The translations under genes and the position numbers were made by a program. Under the pieces are notes generated by a model. It was not told the origin of the DNA, did not search any database, and saw only the letters and a program-made list of their open reading frames with translations. Below, piece by piece: positions 10,369 to 23,432 of a DNA stretch of 64,000 nucleotides (position 1 is the stretch's first letter; the number at the start of each line of letters is the position of its first letter). The stretch covers positions 23,002,001 through 23,066,000 of the forward strand of contig NW_027266341.1 of assembly GCF_022045235.1 (NCBI RefSeq), given 5' to 3'. The stretch is from Haliotis cracherodii (lineage: Eukaryota).

Positions 10369-12291
10369 ACACTTATCAGCTTTACCCAGGTAAGGTTAAA
10401 AATTGAGAAGTGTTTCTGAGGGAATAGATTTTGGGTTTCTTTGCACTATTCCTTGCCCTGTTGAAAAATATATAAATATTGTAACTGCTGCAAATTTCAT
10501 TTTCAAAAACATTATTTTCTTCTCATTTATTAAAACCATCTTAAGAAAGAGGGCAGAGAGCACTATTTTTTGCTTGTATGTAGCATAATTGGCAAATTGG
10601 CTTATGAGTCTTACTCAGTACAATTTAAGATGAAAAAAGTGTCACTTTAGAGTGCACCTATTACATCCCTATGACAAGCGGCACAAAGGTGCAGTTCCTG
10701 CAAATCCCTTAAGTTGATTACTTCTTGCAGATCTGAAATAAAAGTTTCATCAAGTCTAATCCTAGATGACAACGCTCATAAAAACGGGCCAACACCAAGA
10801 GCAAATAAAATGTACCGCTTAATACATGCTTTTTATCCTTTCAACTTTTCACAATGTCATTCTAAACTTGTACAAATGGTTGAATGTTAGTCAGGCATAC
10901 TTTCGTGCCTCATGGATCATTGCAAAAATAATCCAGAAATTGTGATCACTTTCACATATTGCATGCTTTGGCAAATTACAAGAACAAAAGAAAGGGGGAC
11001 TTGAGTGGGGATCATATATCAAACCTCAACTACACCTGTCACCGAAAATTTAATTTTTGGCCCAGGCTTGGAACAGTTGTCATGACTGTAGTACAATACC
11101 TCGAAAGTTTGACATCTAGTTTGGTGTTGGTATTCTCATGGGAAAGAAGTGATTCTGCTGTATGCGCAATAGAGATGAACATGTGACAATTCTGTGAACA
11201 TATGTGCCACTCATTTGGGTTATTGGATTAGGTTTACCCAAATGAACTTTCTTCTTGTTTTTAGAATGAAAGCGTTGAGAATTAAAAAATGTCCACTGTG
11301 AGCCATCCAGGCTAGCATTCTTTGATAAGAAAACTGTCATCAGACATAAGGTCTTGTCTGTCCATATTGAAGAGACCCATCATTTAATATTCTTGGGGTC
11401 GTCTGGGAATTTTGTTAAAGATATATGTAGTATAGAGCTTGAAAAGTCACGTTTAAAAAAACTTGGGCATGACAGAGCGGAGGAGAGTAAATCCGGAGGG
11501 GGGGGGGGGTTTGTTGTGTGGAAACTGAGGACAAGTTATTTTCCATTTTAACCTGAAAAAGATTACAGAGTATGTGAGTGAAGGAGTGAGTGAGTAGAGG
11601 AGGAGGGAAGGAGGAAGAAAAGAGTGAGTGAAGCAGTGAAGAAGTGAGGAAAAGAGTAAGTGAGTGAAGCAGTGAACGAGTGAGGGAAGGAGTGACTTTT
11701 AAGCTGCTTTTAGCAATATTCCAACAATAACCCAGAGGGAGATAGGCTTCAAACAGTGTACTCATGTGGGGAATTAAACCCAGACCTATGGCATGACTGG
11801 CAAACAACAACCCGCTCGAACAACGAGCATGATGTACTGAAGGCCTCTCCTGCACAAAATTCCCCCACATGATGACAATGGTGACAGTTCTGTGCTATTT
11901 TCCAAACAGTTCACTCAGCGTTCAACTCAATCAAAATGCTCACATGTCATACTTTTCTTGTATCAGGTAATAACAGATATGCACACTAAAGCTCTGTCTA
12001 GGACAAAAACACTTCACACAGAACACTTTCATCAGCCCATGCACTGTCTGGGGTTGTCCTGATTACGTTTTTTTCAGTGACTTTGGAAAACTTTGACTGA
12101 CACGTTTATCAAGGAAGGAAATTGTCTGGGGCTGGATATCTGGATGTCTGAAATGTTGTTGTTTTTTTATGCGCACTATCGTAATCAATCTAAATACACA
12201 GTCGTGGTCCTAGTTCTATGGCTTGAATTTCAGTCCTCAGACCTCTAATACGTACCCTTGTACTTACATTGAAGGAGTAGTTATCAGCAAG

Positions 12292-12761
12292 GGTACTACA
12301 GATATGTACCCCTGATACATTTGGGTATACCGAAATGTACCCTAACCAAAAGCAGAATACAGTACTCACGGATGCGTCCATTCAGCAGTGCGCTAAACTG
12401 GTTCCGTAGGAGAGACTTCCTGTTTGCCAAACCACCGTAAAGTCCTATACGTCCACCACCACCCTCCATCTAAATGTCTCTGAACATAGGAGATTCCTTA
12501 TTTTCTGAATTGGACTTTGTTTTAGAGATAGGTTCCAGGGTATATAAAACGAGCGTACACAGTGCTGAACATACTGAACTTCTGTGATGTACAATATGCT
12601 CATAATCTGTCTTGTATGCACTCGAATTCAGCACGGCCAACCGGAACTACAACACGAAGTCATTGGCCGTTCTGGGTTGCGAGTGCCATTCTGTATTCTG
12701 ATTTTGGTAAGGGTACATTTCAATATATCAAAAAGTACCTGGGGTACATATCTGCAGTACC
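12292..12761. mobile_element. Foldback/MITE-like element with ~70-bp imperfect inverted repeats
   Basis: GGTACTACAGATATGTACCCC...AGAATACAG (12292-12362) is the imperfect reverse complement of 12691-12761. Confidence 0.6.
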
Positions 12762-13701
12762 TGTGCCAACAACGACCCACTCAGCTAGGTAACAGTTTCC
12801 CTCAAAACCATGCAACTCATTCAATTTTAGAGGTCGATGCTCACTTCTTGTGAGGTGATTGTACAGTCCTCCTGGTTTTAAGACACACCTGTGACGTCAT
12901 TCTATTCATGAAACGCTCCATTGTTTTGCAGGAATGAACTGTTAATTGTTTGTCATTTATACATTATCTTGAAACAACATTTAAAATAATTTACACTTTG
13001 AACAGACGGAACTATTTTTTCATATTTTGACAAGGGAGTGATTTCAGTTTGTTTGGAAAATGTGATTCGAACCCATGTTGTTGGATTTGAGGACGTCTAA
13101 TTGTCAACCTCAGCTTTGGGGACAAATGGCAATATGGTATGAAATTAATTTTTAATGTTTTCAAATAGTTGTACAATCCGAAAAGCTAAATAAAAAATAT
13201 GTAAATAATGTTGTGTTAAAGAGGTTTCCCAATCAGCATGTATTTACAACGTGCAAACGATTGATAATATACTAGTTTAGGTACCCATGAAATTTTGAAG
13301 AGCCGTGTACCAAGCATTTTAATATCAGCTCGCAACAGAGCTAAGAACACATGCAACAGCGGCAGAGAGCGTATATTCCTCATGCATCATGTTAGGGCGA
13401 CTCACACAGTATGAAAATACAGTGTACAAAGAGTTCTGGTATTTTTTTCAAATATTTTCCACAAGAGAATGTTTTGTCGAAGTGTAAAAATAGGGATGCG
13501 TTTTAAGGAGGGGAATATCTTCGTAACTCTCCATTCCTTAAAAATAATGAGCATCAGCTCCAGTAATTTTAATAAGTGGAGAGTTACTCAGACATTCCCC
13601 TGTACTTAGTGCTACCTTTCTTGCAGTGGAAAATGTGGCATTATAAGGAGGGTGGTATGACAACCGGGGAGGTGAAAACCAGACCTTACTTTTATGATAT
13701 A

Positions 13702-14792
13702 TACTAGCCACATAAAGAAACTGTGCACGGAGAAAATATATTCTGGATTGAAATACAACACAGCAAGAACAAAATGATGCAGACGCTGTAGCAGCTGAAT
13801 GATCGGACCATAAGAAAATGTCAACGGGACCTGAACAACATCTGTTACGATGACGTCAGAAGATCAAAATGGAGATCAATAACGGGTATGACCACCCTGT
13901 GCGTGAATCACAGCAGTGCATCGGCGACGCATGGAGTCCACCAAATGGGCATGGAAGGCCTGGGGAATGGCCTGCCATATCCTCCTCAAATCCTGTGCCA
14001 AGTCACGGACGTTATCTGGAGGATGTGGAAGACGACGCAGACAGCGCTCCATTTCATCCCACACATGCTCTATTGGGGAGAGATCTGGAGAAATTTCAGG
14101 CCATGGCAGTAACATGACATTGTTATGGTGAAGGAAATCCATTGCGACCCTAGCCGTGTGAGGACGAGCGTTGTCCTGTTGAAATGTCAATCCCGGGCCA
14201 TGACGTTGCAGGAAAGGAATGACCACAGGCCTCAGAATCTGATCTCTGTAGCCAACACCGGTGAGATTGCCCTGAACAACCACCAAAGGGGTTTGGTGCC
14301 GTGCTGTTATCCCACCCCAAATCATCACAGAGCCACCTCCAAAACGATTCCTCTCCACAATACAGTTGCGTGCATAACGTTCTCCCAAACACCGGTAGAC
14401 ACGTTGGCGCCCGTCACTGTGGGAAATGTTGAACCTCGATTCATCTGTAAAGACAACATTTCTCCTGCAGCTGTCAATCTTGGTATGATTTGCTTATGAT
14501 ATTCTTGTGTCTGCGCCTGAGAAGTTTTGAATTTTTGAATGACCACAGATCATGCTTTCCAAAGTGACAGCGAATTTTGAGTTGCACATGCTGTGTACAG
14601 CTGCACAGGATGCACGTGCAGTAACACATTGCACGTCCATCGGCCCCCATCAATGACGTCATATCACATGGCACGTGCATGAGAGTTTGAATGTCTCCAA
14701 TAATTGCTGTGTTCAAACCTATCTTTCATATAAGGACGGTGTGCTCTTATATCTATATTTTCTCCGTGCACAGTTTCTTTATGTGGCTAGTA
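13702..14792 (-). mobile_element. Tc1/mariner (DD34E) transposon, internally deleted, 1091 bp
   Basis: Perfect 39-bp terminal inverted repeats TACTAGCCACATAAAGAAACTGTGCACGGAGAAAATATA (13702-13740 and 14754-14792) with TA on both flanks. Confidence 0.95.
13876..14486 (-). pseudogene. Tc1 transposase pseudogene: catalytic domain open, DNA-binding domain deleted
   Basis: VFTDESRF...FQQDNARPH...SPDLSPIEHVW with 34 residues between the second D and E. The N-terminal IPRLTAA is joined out of frame. Confidence 0.92.
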
Positions 14793-17700
14793 TATATAGA
14801 AGATTAAATTCCAATTTATAAAGCTTATAGTAAAGGATATCATTAACATGAAACTAATTTGTTTGTTATTTTAAGAAAGTAAACGATTCTCTGTGTGAGG
14901 ATTAGCTGTTAATTATTTTGTCGAAATTTAAAAACAAATGGCAGTCTAACCAGGGAATTAGAATGTTTGGTCTGAGAACATTGGCATTATGACCCCCCAT
15001 TAGAATTGGTCCCCAGCAACCTATTATTTAAATTACATGCCACTATCACATACAGGAATAATGCTGAGTGTGGTGTTTAACAACAAACAAACAAACAAAC
15101 TAGAGGTACAGTTGGGAAGCCTCAAGTGGTTGAAGTGTTGCCGAGCTCATGCTCAAAACCTTGGCTTCATTTCCCAAATTGGTGCAATGCGTGAAGCCCA
15201 TTTTGGTGTCCACACTGCTATATTACTGGAATAGTGCAAAAAGCGGCGTAAAACAATACTCAATCACTTGTAAATAATGAACTGATTGAGAGCTGAGTGG
15301 TTCCCTCACTTACTCAGTTTACACATGATGCTGTATGCAGCCGCATGAAAGAACAAAAATTGAATATCAGTGTCTCTTGTTAATACATGTAATGCTATTA
15401 CAAACCCCTTTGTTTCAATAATAGTCACACAGACAGAATGATTGTGCCAAAATATTCATGGTGTATAGATATTTTGCTGACTAATTACTTTGGCTTGGTT
15501 AAAATAAAAACATATTTGTGAAGCTGAATATTTTTTTATTTGTATTAGTTGTAAGCTTGGTTGGTCAGTATATTTTGGAAGAAAATAAATACAGATTCTG
15601 TTTAAAGTAATAATGATTGTCAAATCTGGTATACATGTTGAGGACATTTCCAAATTTGAAGCATCACTGACAAAAATGATATTTGATGCAATTCTATATT
15701 TTTAATTGGACGATATGTTTCTTGTGTTTTTACAGGTGAAGGATTAACTTGCCTCTGCATGTGTTTGTGACCATGTCACTAGTGGGTCAGGATATACACA
15801 TGCTCATGATACAGTCAGAATAGTACAATGGACTCTGCTGTTAGTAGACATTTCCTATGATAAAAAAATGTTTTTTGTCCCTTTTTGTGTATTACTTCTG
15901 CGAAAGTAGGCTTCTTCTGTTTTTAAGGTGTTTACAGTGGCTGAAACATACGTACAATTATTAAATCAATAACTATTTGAAAAGTTAATAGTTGCTTTAA
16001 TTTTGTATGATTTTGGTACCTTTTTATTTTGCTAATCCCTCAAAGATAAAGCAGTCGGGCAAAAGAAAATCGATACTATTTTATGTAGCCTTTGTATCCG
16101 GTGTTTCAAATCCATAAATGAAAAAGGACAGGAGTGTTTTTAGTATCAGCTGGTGCTTATTATAGACGATGCTTATAAGATGAGGCACAGTAAACAGCAC
16201 CTCCTTTAGTTCTATGGTACATAAGTATTCAGAGGGATTAATGATAATAATCAAATAATTTCACATCATGAAGGAAGTAATGAAATTATAACGCAGATGG
16301 CATTCTTTCATCTCCTCCTTTGTAATTTGCATCCATGAGCTCTGAGTATGTTGAGAATGGTATTTTTAGTAGTTTAATGTTTCGTAAAATCTTGGTGGCT
16401 AATGTGTATTGACCGGGAACTGACATACACAGATCCTGAGTTGGGAGAACAGTTTTTTTTCAAGGATCATGTTGGCAAAACAGAACTAAAATATATATAT
16501 TTATTGACATTTTTGGGCTAAACGGATGCAAATTGTTTCCTGAATCATTTCCATTCATTTTTCAATTTTTTAAAGTGCATCCCTGGTGTCCAAAATGGTG
16601 TATCTGTGCTTGATTGATTGACATTTAATTCTGACTGACAAGCATACATGACAGGTTCATTCTTCACTGTGTCAGCACTATCAAAAAGTATGCTAATTTT
16701 CTATACTTGTCAAAATGCCATTTTAGCTATCGAAATTGTTGACAGCATCTAAAAAAAATCCTTTATTTCCAGTTAGATTCCCAGCTGTCATATAGGAGTA
16801 TTAATACCTAAACGGCTATTTTCACCACACTATGAATGAATACATTTGGATTTAACCAAAATAAGTTGTTATACAGCATTATCGCAGACATGTTTATGAG
16901 TTCTGATGTTTAATGATCTCCAACCATCAGTTGTTGCCAAATTTGTGTCGTGCACATATCTTCCTGTATTCATAGTTCCTTGTCAACTAAGTCAACCATC
17001 TTGGATCAAAAGAAGCTGTTGAAAAAGTCTTCATCATGTGCTAATGAGGAAAAGGTTGAACTTCAGCAAGCATATATCCCTGCACCCAATGTAATTGTGA
17101 TGACAACTTTGCCGACAGCAGCTATGACAGTAGTTAACTCCGTCAAGATTATATTTAATTAAATCTGAGTCACACTGTCATTCGTAATAAACTTCTTTCA
17201 TCCAAACCATCCTCATCCTGTCAAATTTCTTCCCCTTTTTGCCAAAGGCATTTAAATCTTTTTTCAACCAGGCTGTGATCACAGTTTTCTTGATCAAAAG
17301 CTTCCCACATCCTAAGCATGTCCATCACGTTAAGATACAGTATGCCAAATAGGGGCCTGCATTGTTGCAAGAGCCCTGCATGAGGATCATGTGCACTATA
17401 CACTTTCAAAGAACGTGTCCATTTCTTCCTTTCAATGCTGAAAAGGGGCCTGTCAGGATAGCAGCATTGCCCCATTTAAGGATTCTGTATTTGATATTGT
17501 AGTCACAAAGTAACCGGGTTAGAAACGTCTATTCTCCCACTTATGAAGTGATCAGGGCATAAGTTCATCGCTTTTCCACAGTATCAAGGCACTTGTGGAC
17601 ACTTCTTCCGCCCCTTCGATCGATCTTGTACAGAAATCACCCTGCTGAAACTCTTAAATAATTATTTTGAGATACAAAATTAAATTTGTTTGGAACCTGC

Positions 17701-18648
17701 AATCAATAAAAGGCCACTTTCGGGTTGTAAGCCAAACTTGCAACTCTTATCTACTTCATATTGATTTTGTAACTCGATTTGTGACAAACACCTCGACACG
17801 ATCCATACATGGAATTGACATGCCAAAACCATGATGGAATAGTTGTAAAGAAAGACAGCCAATCTTCACTTGTCATATTCAAGTATGGTTAAAGTTTTCA
17901 AAAACTTGACACAACCCAAGTCAAGGCTGGGACATTTCGTTCTTCAATTAAGCTCGAGTCGTTGTCCCTTAGATACATGGTTGGCATTTACGAGCAACAA
18001 CTCAAATTTGCGTATTGATTTCCAATGTCACCAAGTTGAGCAACAGCCATTTCTCCTAATTTTTGGTAAAGTCTGTTATGGCAAATGAAGGTTTATTGTG
18101 CTCCTATTGATCAAGCCACTTGAGCATAATGATAGATTGAAGTTACATAATGTACCGAAGGTGGGTCTGCCAAAATAAATCGCAATTGCCATGTATCAAA
18201 ATTATTTCCCTCCAAATGTGTGTTCACTTAACTTGGGAATATTCATACAAAAATCATTATAATAAAAATCAAAAATCATTATAATCAAAAACATGTTTAC
18301 CAAAACCGGTCATAAACTAAAAGCCCAATGCCATAGTTAGGATCAAAATTGTGGTCTAAAGTTTAAATTCAAAGACATTTTCTGTTTTATGCTCCTTTGA
18401 TTTACTTTTACCGTTTCTAGATTGTTTGGTTTTACAGAATTTAATCATTTACAATAATTAAAGTGAATTGGGTAATACCTCATTTTTAGCATTATTTCTG
18501 CAGTATCATGATGGGGTGGGGGATGGCGGGGACAAATAATGGGCAATGCATCCAATTGTACACTTATTGAGATCGGTATCCCAAATTGTACCCAATCAAA
18601 GATGGGCTTCCACATTTTACCCATTTACAGTTAGGCTTTGCAAACTTC

Positions 18649-19258
18649 TACACACTGGGGATCAGCTTCCATCACTGTACACATTTGGGGATCAGCTTGC
18701 CTCACTGTACACATTTGGGGATCAGCTTCCATCACTGTACACATTTGGGGATCAGCTTGCCTCACTGTACACATTTGGGGATCAGCTTGCCTCACTGTAC
18801 ACATTTGAGGATCAGCTTCCCTCACTGTACACATTTGAGGATCAGCTTGCCTCACTGTACACATTTGAGGATCAGCATGCCTCACTGTACACATTTGAGG
18901 ATCAACTTGCCTCACTGTACACATTTGAGGATGAGCTTCCCTCACTGTACACATTTGAGGATCAGCATGCTTCACTGTACACATTTGGGGATCAACTTGC
19001 CTCACTGTACACATTTGAGGATCAACTTGCCTCACTGTACACATTTGGGGATCAGCTTGCCTCACTGTACACATTTGGGGATCAGCTTCCCTGACTGTAC
19101 ACATTTGAGGATCAGCTTGCCTCACTGTACACATTTGATTATCAGCTTGCCTCACTGTACACATTTGAGGATCAGCTTGCCTCACTGTACACATTTGAGG
19201 ATCAGCTTGCCTCACTGTACACATTTGAGGATCAGCTTCCATCACTGTACACATTTGA
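18649..19258. repeat. 30-bp minisatellite GATCAGCTTGCCTCACTGTACACATTTGAG, about 20 homogeneous copies plus diverged flanking units
   Basis: Exact 30-nt period, two units per 60-nt line. Embedded in a SINE A remnant spanning about 18470-19463. Confidence 0.97.
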
Positions 19259-19572
19259 GCAGTGGCTTCCAACATTGTACCCAGCTGACAATGGGCTTTC
19301 CACATTTGGAGATCAGCTTCCCACATTGTATGCATTCGAGGAAGGGCTTTCCACACTGCACATATTTGGGGATCAGCCTCCAACATTGTACCCAATTGGG
19401 AAATCAAACCAATGCTTTGGCAGGATGAGCCACCACTTATACTGCTCTTCTACCCCACTGCCCTTGCAATAATTAGAAGGTAACGTCAGGGGATGCAAAT
19501 GCAGCTGTTTTTCAGCTATACAAAGGCAGCCTGCAATGTGAAGATTCCCGGTTACAATAGGTCACATACAAG

Positions 19573-19832
19573 GAGTGAGTGAGCTGGGTTTAACACCGAT
19601 TTTAACAGTATTCCAGTTATATTACGGCGTGTCAGCTTGATGTGGGAGGAAAGCTCGAAGTGATGCAGGTCTCAGATATTAACCACTTCGGTGAAACCCA
19701 CGAACACGGGTATGGTGTCGACAAACCTAGAAACATAATCGGGGCGACCCGGGATTCGAACCCACAATTATAGGTTTCTGGCGTGCCCAAGGGACGCAAC
19801 TCTGCACAGCGAATCCCGGCGCCTTAGAGGAC
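19573..19832 (-). mobile_element. SINE family B, near full length
   Basis: Aligns with the copies at 7460 and 52723. B box GGTTCGAATCC on the minus strand. Confidence 0.88.
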
Positions 19833-20180
19833 TAGTGGACACTAAAAGGATCAGGTGGTCAGGCAGAGTGGCTTGGTTGCTTGAAGGTCATCAGTTAGTT
19901 ACAAGCTGCCATGATACAGCTGAAACACTGCCGAGTGTAATCAAACAAAAGTAATGTGAAGTCAGGGACGGTACCAGCAACCCGTTGGCCAATAGTGTGA
20001 TCACTAAACCATGTTGTCAGGGTATGACACTACACTAAGACAGTTGGTCCTCCTTTGAAATGGGATTCAATCTCTGCAGCCGTTTTGGGTTCCAAATCCC
20101 ATTTCCCTTAAAGTCTACTGTTAGTGTTGATTGCTATAAGTGTGTTTGTTGTTTAATCCTGGACTGTTATGACCAAGATC

Positions 20181-23100
20181 GTTTTAATTGTATGTTTGTT
20201 GTTTCATTCTTAATGTTTAACTCTTGGCAATGTTCAAGTATACGATGGCAGGCTGTTTGTTTGTTTGTTTGTTTGTTGTTTAACGCCGCACTCAGAAATA
20301 TTCCAGCTATATGACGGCGGTCTGTAAAATAATAGAGTCTGGACCAGACAATCCAGTGATTGACATCATGAGCATTGATCAACGCAATTTGGATCGATGA
20401 CATGCATCAACCAAGTCAGCGAGTCTGACCATCCGATCCCGTTAGTCGCCTTTTACGACAGGCATAGTCACCTTTTACGGCATGCATGGGTTGCTGAGGA
20501 CCTGTAAATAATCAAGTCGGCAAGAGACAATCCAGTGATTGACATCATGAGCTGAGATTTATTTGTTTGTTGCTGCGCTCAGCAATATTCCACCTATATG
20601 ACAGCAGTCTGTAAATAACTGAGTCCGGACCAGATAATCCAGTGACTGATATTGCAATCCACATTATCGGGACAAGAATACATGCAATCAACCAAGTCAC
20701 CGAGCATGACCACCTGATCCATTACCTCTTACGACCAGCATGGATTGCTTGGTGCTGATTCGAACCCAGATTCCTACTTGGATAAAATGCTATAAGGGTA
20801 TATAATTGATAGTTTACCTACCTAGGACATCCTCATCCATTTGGGAAACACCTTGCACCGTCATTGTGTGTGTATATTTATATTTTATCACAGCTTTTGA
20901 GATACAATTGGGCATGTTCTTTCTACAATGAATAACAAAGAATGTAATATGACTCTTGCCCAGAAGTTGTTTGATCAAGGTTACAACATTCAAGGCCTCC
21001 GTAAAGCTTTCAAAATGTTTTATGGTAGACAAATTATGATGTTTCCAAGTTTGACGCATCAGTTACAAAAATGATGTCTCAATCAAATCTCCATTTTGAC
21101 TTGTACCATATGTTCCCATGTTTATTCAGGTGAACAATTGATTTGCCTTTACATGTGTTTGTGATCAGCAGTAATGCTCACCTTTTCACAACTACCTGGT
21201 CTCATCACTGTTTGATAGTGATTCATTAACACATGCTCATGATATAGGTGGGATCATACAGTTGATTCATTTCCATTGGTATAGGAAAGGGTATTATCAC
21301 TAACTATGGTTAGTCTAACATGGCCATAGTATCTTTATTTATTCCTGGGCCTGATAATCATTGTAAGAATAAATGTAAGACAGAATGGTCAAACTCTTGA
21401 GTGAGTTACATGGTCTAACGCAATATCACGGCAGGGGAACACCAGAAATGGGCTTCACACATTGTACCCATGTCGGGAATCGAACCCAGGTCTTTGGCGT
21501 CAAACCCTTGAGCATCATATTTGTATTCCTATACAATACAAAGGCAATGGTGTGAACCATTAGACAAATTTTGCGATATGTCAAATTCTGATGTGATCAT
21601 GTAGATTTGGGTAACATTGCAAAAAACCCCTTTATGGGTCTGAATGAATACCCAGGTCTTAGTTCAATATTTGACACTGTGGAATCATAAAACTGAGTAT
21701 ATAACACTGACCAAGATGGCCAAAGTAACAATGGAAGTCCCTGGAAAACTGCCATCCCAACCATCCCAACCCTGAGTGAGTGAGTGAGCTGGGTTTAACA
21801 CCGATTTTAACAGTATTCCAGTTATATTACAGCGTGTCAGCTTGATGTGGGTTTCAATTGTATGTTTGTTGTTTCATGCTTAATGTTTAACTCTTGGCAA
21901 TGTTCAAGTATACGATGACAGCCTGTTTGTTTGTTTGTTGTTTAATGCCGCACTCAGCAATATTCCAGCTATATGACGGCGGTCTGTAAAATAATAGAGT
22001 CTGGACCAGACAATCCAGTGATTGACATCATGAGCATTGATCAACGCAATTGGGATCGATGACATGCATCAACCAAGTCAGCGAGCCTGACCATCCGATC
22101 CCGTTAGTCGCCTTTTACGACAAGCATAGTCACCTTTTACGGCATGCATGGGTTGCTGAGGACCTGTAAATAATCAAGTCGGGAAGAGACAATCCAGCGA
22201 TTGACATCATGAGCTGGGATTTATTTGTTTGTTGCTGCACTCAGCAATATTCCACCTATATGACAGCAGTCTGTAAATAACTGAGTCCGGACCAGATAAT
22301 CCAGTGACTGATATTGCAATCCACATTATCGGGACAAGAATACATGCAATCAACCAAGTCACCGAGCATGACCACCTGATCCATTACCTCTTACGACCAG
22401 CATGGATTGCTTGGTGCTGATTCGAACCCAGATTCCTACTTGGATAAAATGCTATAAGGGTATATAATTGATAGTTTACCTACCTAGGACATCCTCATCC
22501 ATTTGGGAAACACCTTGCACCGTCATTGTGTGTGTATATTTATATTTTATCACAGCTTTTGAGATACAATTGGGCATGTTCTTTCTACGATGAATAACAA
22601 AGAATGTAATACGACTCTTGCCCAGAAGTTGTTTGATCAAGGTTACAACATTCAAGGCCTCCGTAAAGCTTTCAAAATATTTTATGGTAGACAAATTATG
22701 ATGTTTCCAAATTTGATGCATCAGTTACAAAAATGATGTCTCAATCAAATCTCTCTTTTGACTTGTACCATATGTTCCCATGTTTATTCAGGTGAACAAT
22801 TGATTTGCCTTTGCATGTGTTTGTGATCAGCAGTAATGCTCACCTTTTCACAACTACCTGGTCTCATCACTGTTTGATAGTGATTCATTAACACATGCTC
22901 ATGATATAGTTGGGATCATACAATTGATTAATTTCCATTGGTATAGGAAAGGGTATTGTCACTAACTATGGTTAGTCTAACATGGCCATAGTATCTTTAT
23001 TTATTCCTGGGCCTGATAATCATTGTAAGAATAAATGTAAGACAGAATGGTCAAACTCTTGAGTGAGTTACATGGTCTAACGCAATATCACGGCAGGGGA

Positions 23101-23432
23101 ACACCAGAAATGGGCTTCACACATTGTACCCATGTCGGGAATCGAACCCAGGTCTTTGGCGTCAAACCCTTGAGCATCATATTTGTATTCCTATACAATA
23201 CAAAGGCAATGGTGTGAACCATGAGACAAATTTTGCGATAACATGACAAATTTTGATGTGATCATGTAGATTTGGGTAACACTGCATAAAACCCCTTTAT
23301 GGGTCTGAATGAATACCCAGGTCTTAGTTCAATATTTGACACTGTGGAATCATAAAACTGAGTATATAACACTGACCAAGATGGCCAAAGTAACAATGGA
23401 AGTCCCTGGAAAACTGCCATCCCAACCCTGAG
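20181..23432. repeat. Tandem duplication of ~1.6 kb (20181-21776 and 21851-23432) with a 74-bp SINE B fragment at the junction
   Basis: Line-by-line near identity. The duplicated ORFs 20814-21059 and 22476-22721 confirm it. Confidence 0.95.
20870..21245 (+). mobile_element. Penelope-like RT C-terminal fragment plus 3' tail (duplicated at about 22530-22905)
   Basis: Translates with disruptions to ISQLLRYNWACSFY...LAQKLFDQGYNIQGLRKAFKMFYGR. Confidence 0.7.

Noticed and set aside
11415-11870. 151-aa Leu/Ser-rich ORF
   Set aside because: It spans an expanded purine-rich (GAGT)n SINE tail and a SINE A body.
18649-19258. CRISPR-like array
   Set aside because: Units are contiguous with no unique spacers, the context is eukaryotic, and there are no cas genes.
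18546-19428. Long repetitive ORFs of 182-280 aa
   Set aside because: Artefact of a 30-bp unit (a multiple of 3) that is open in several frames on both strands. The array derives from a SINE.
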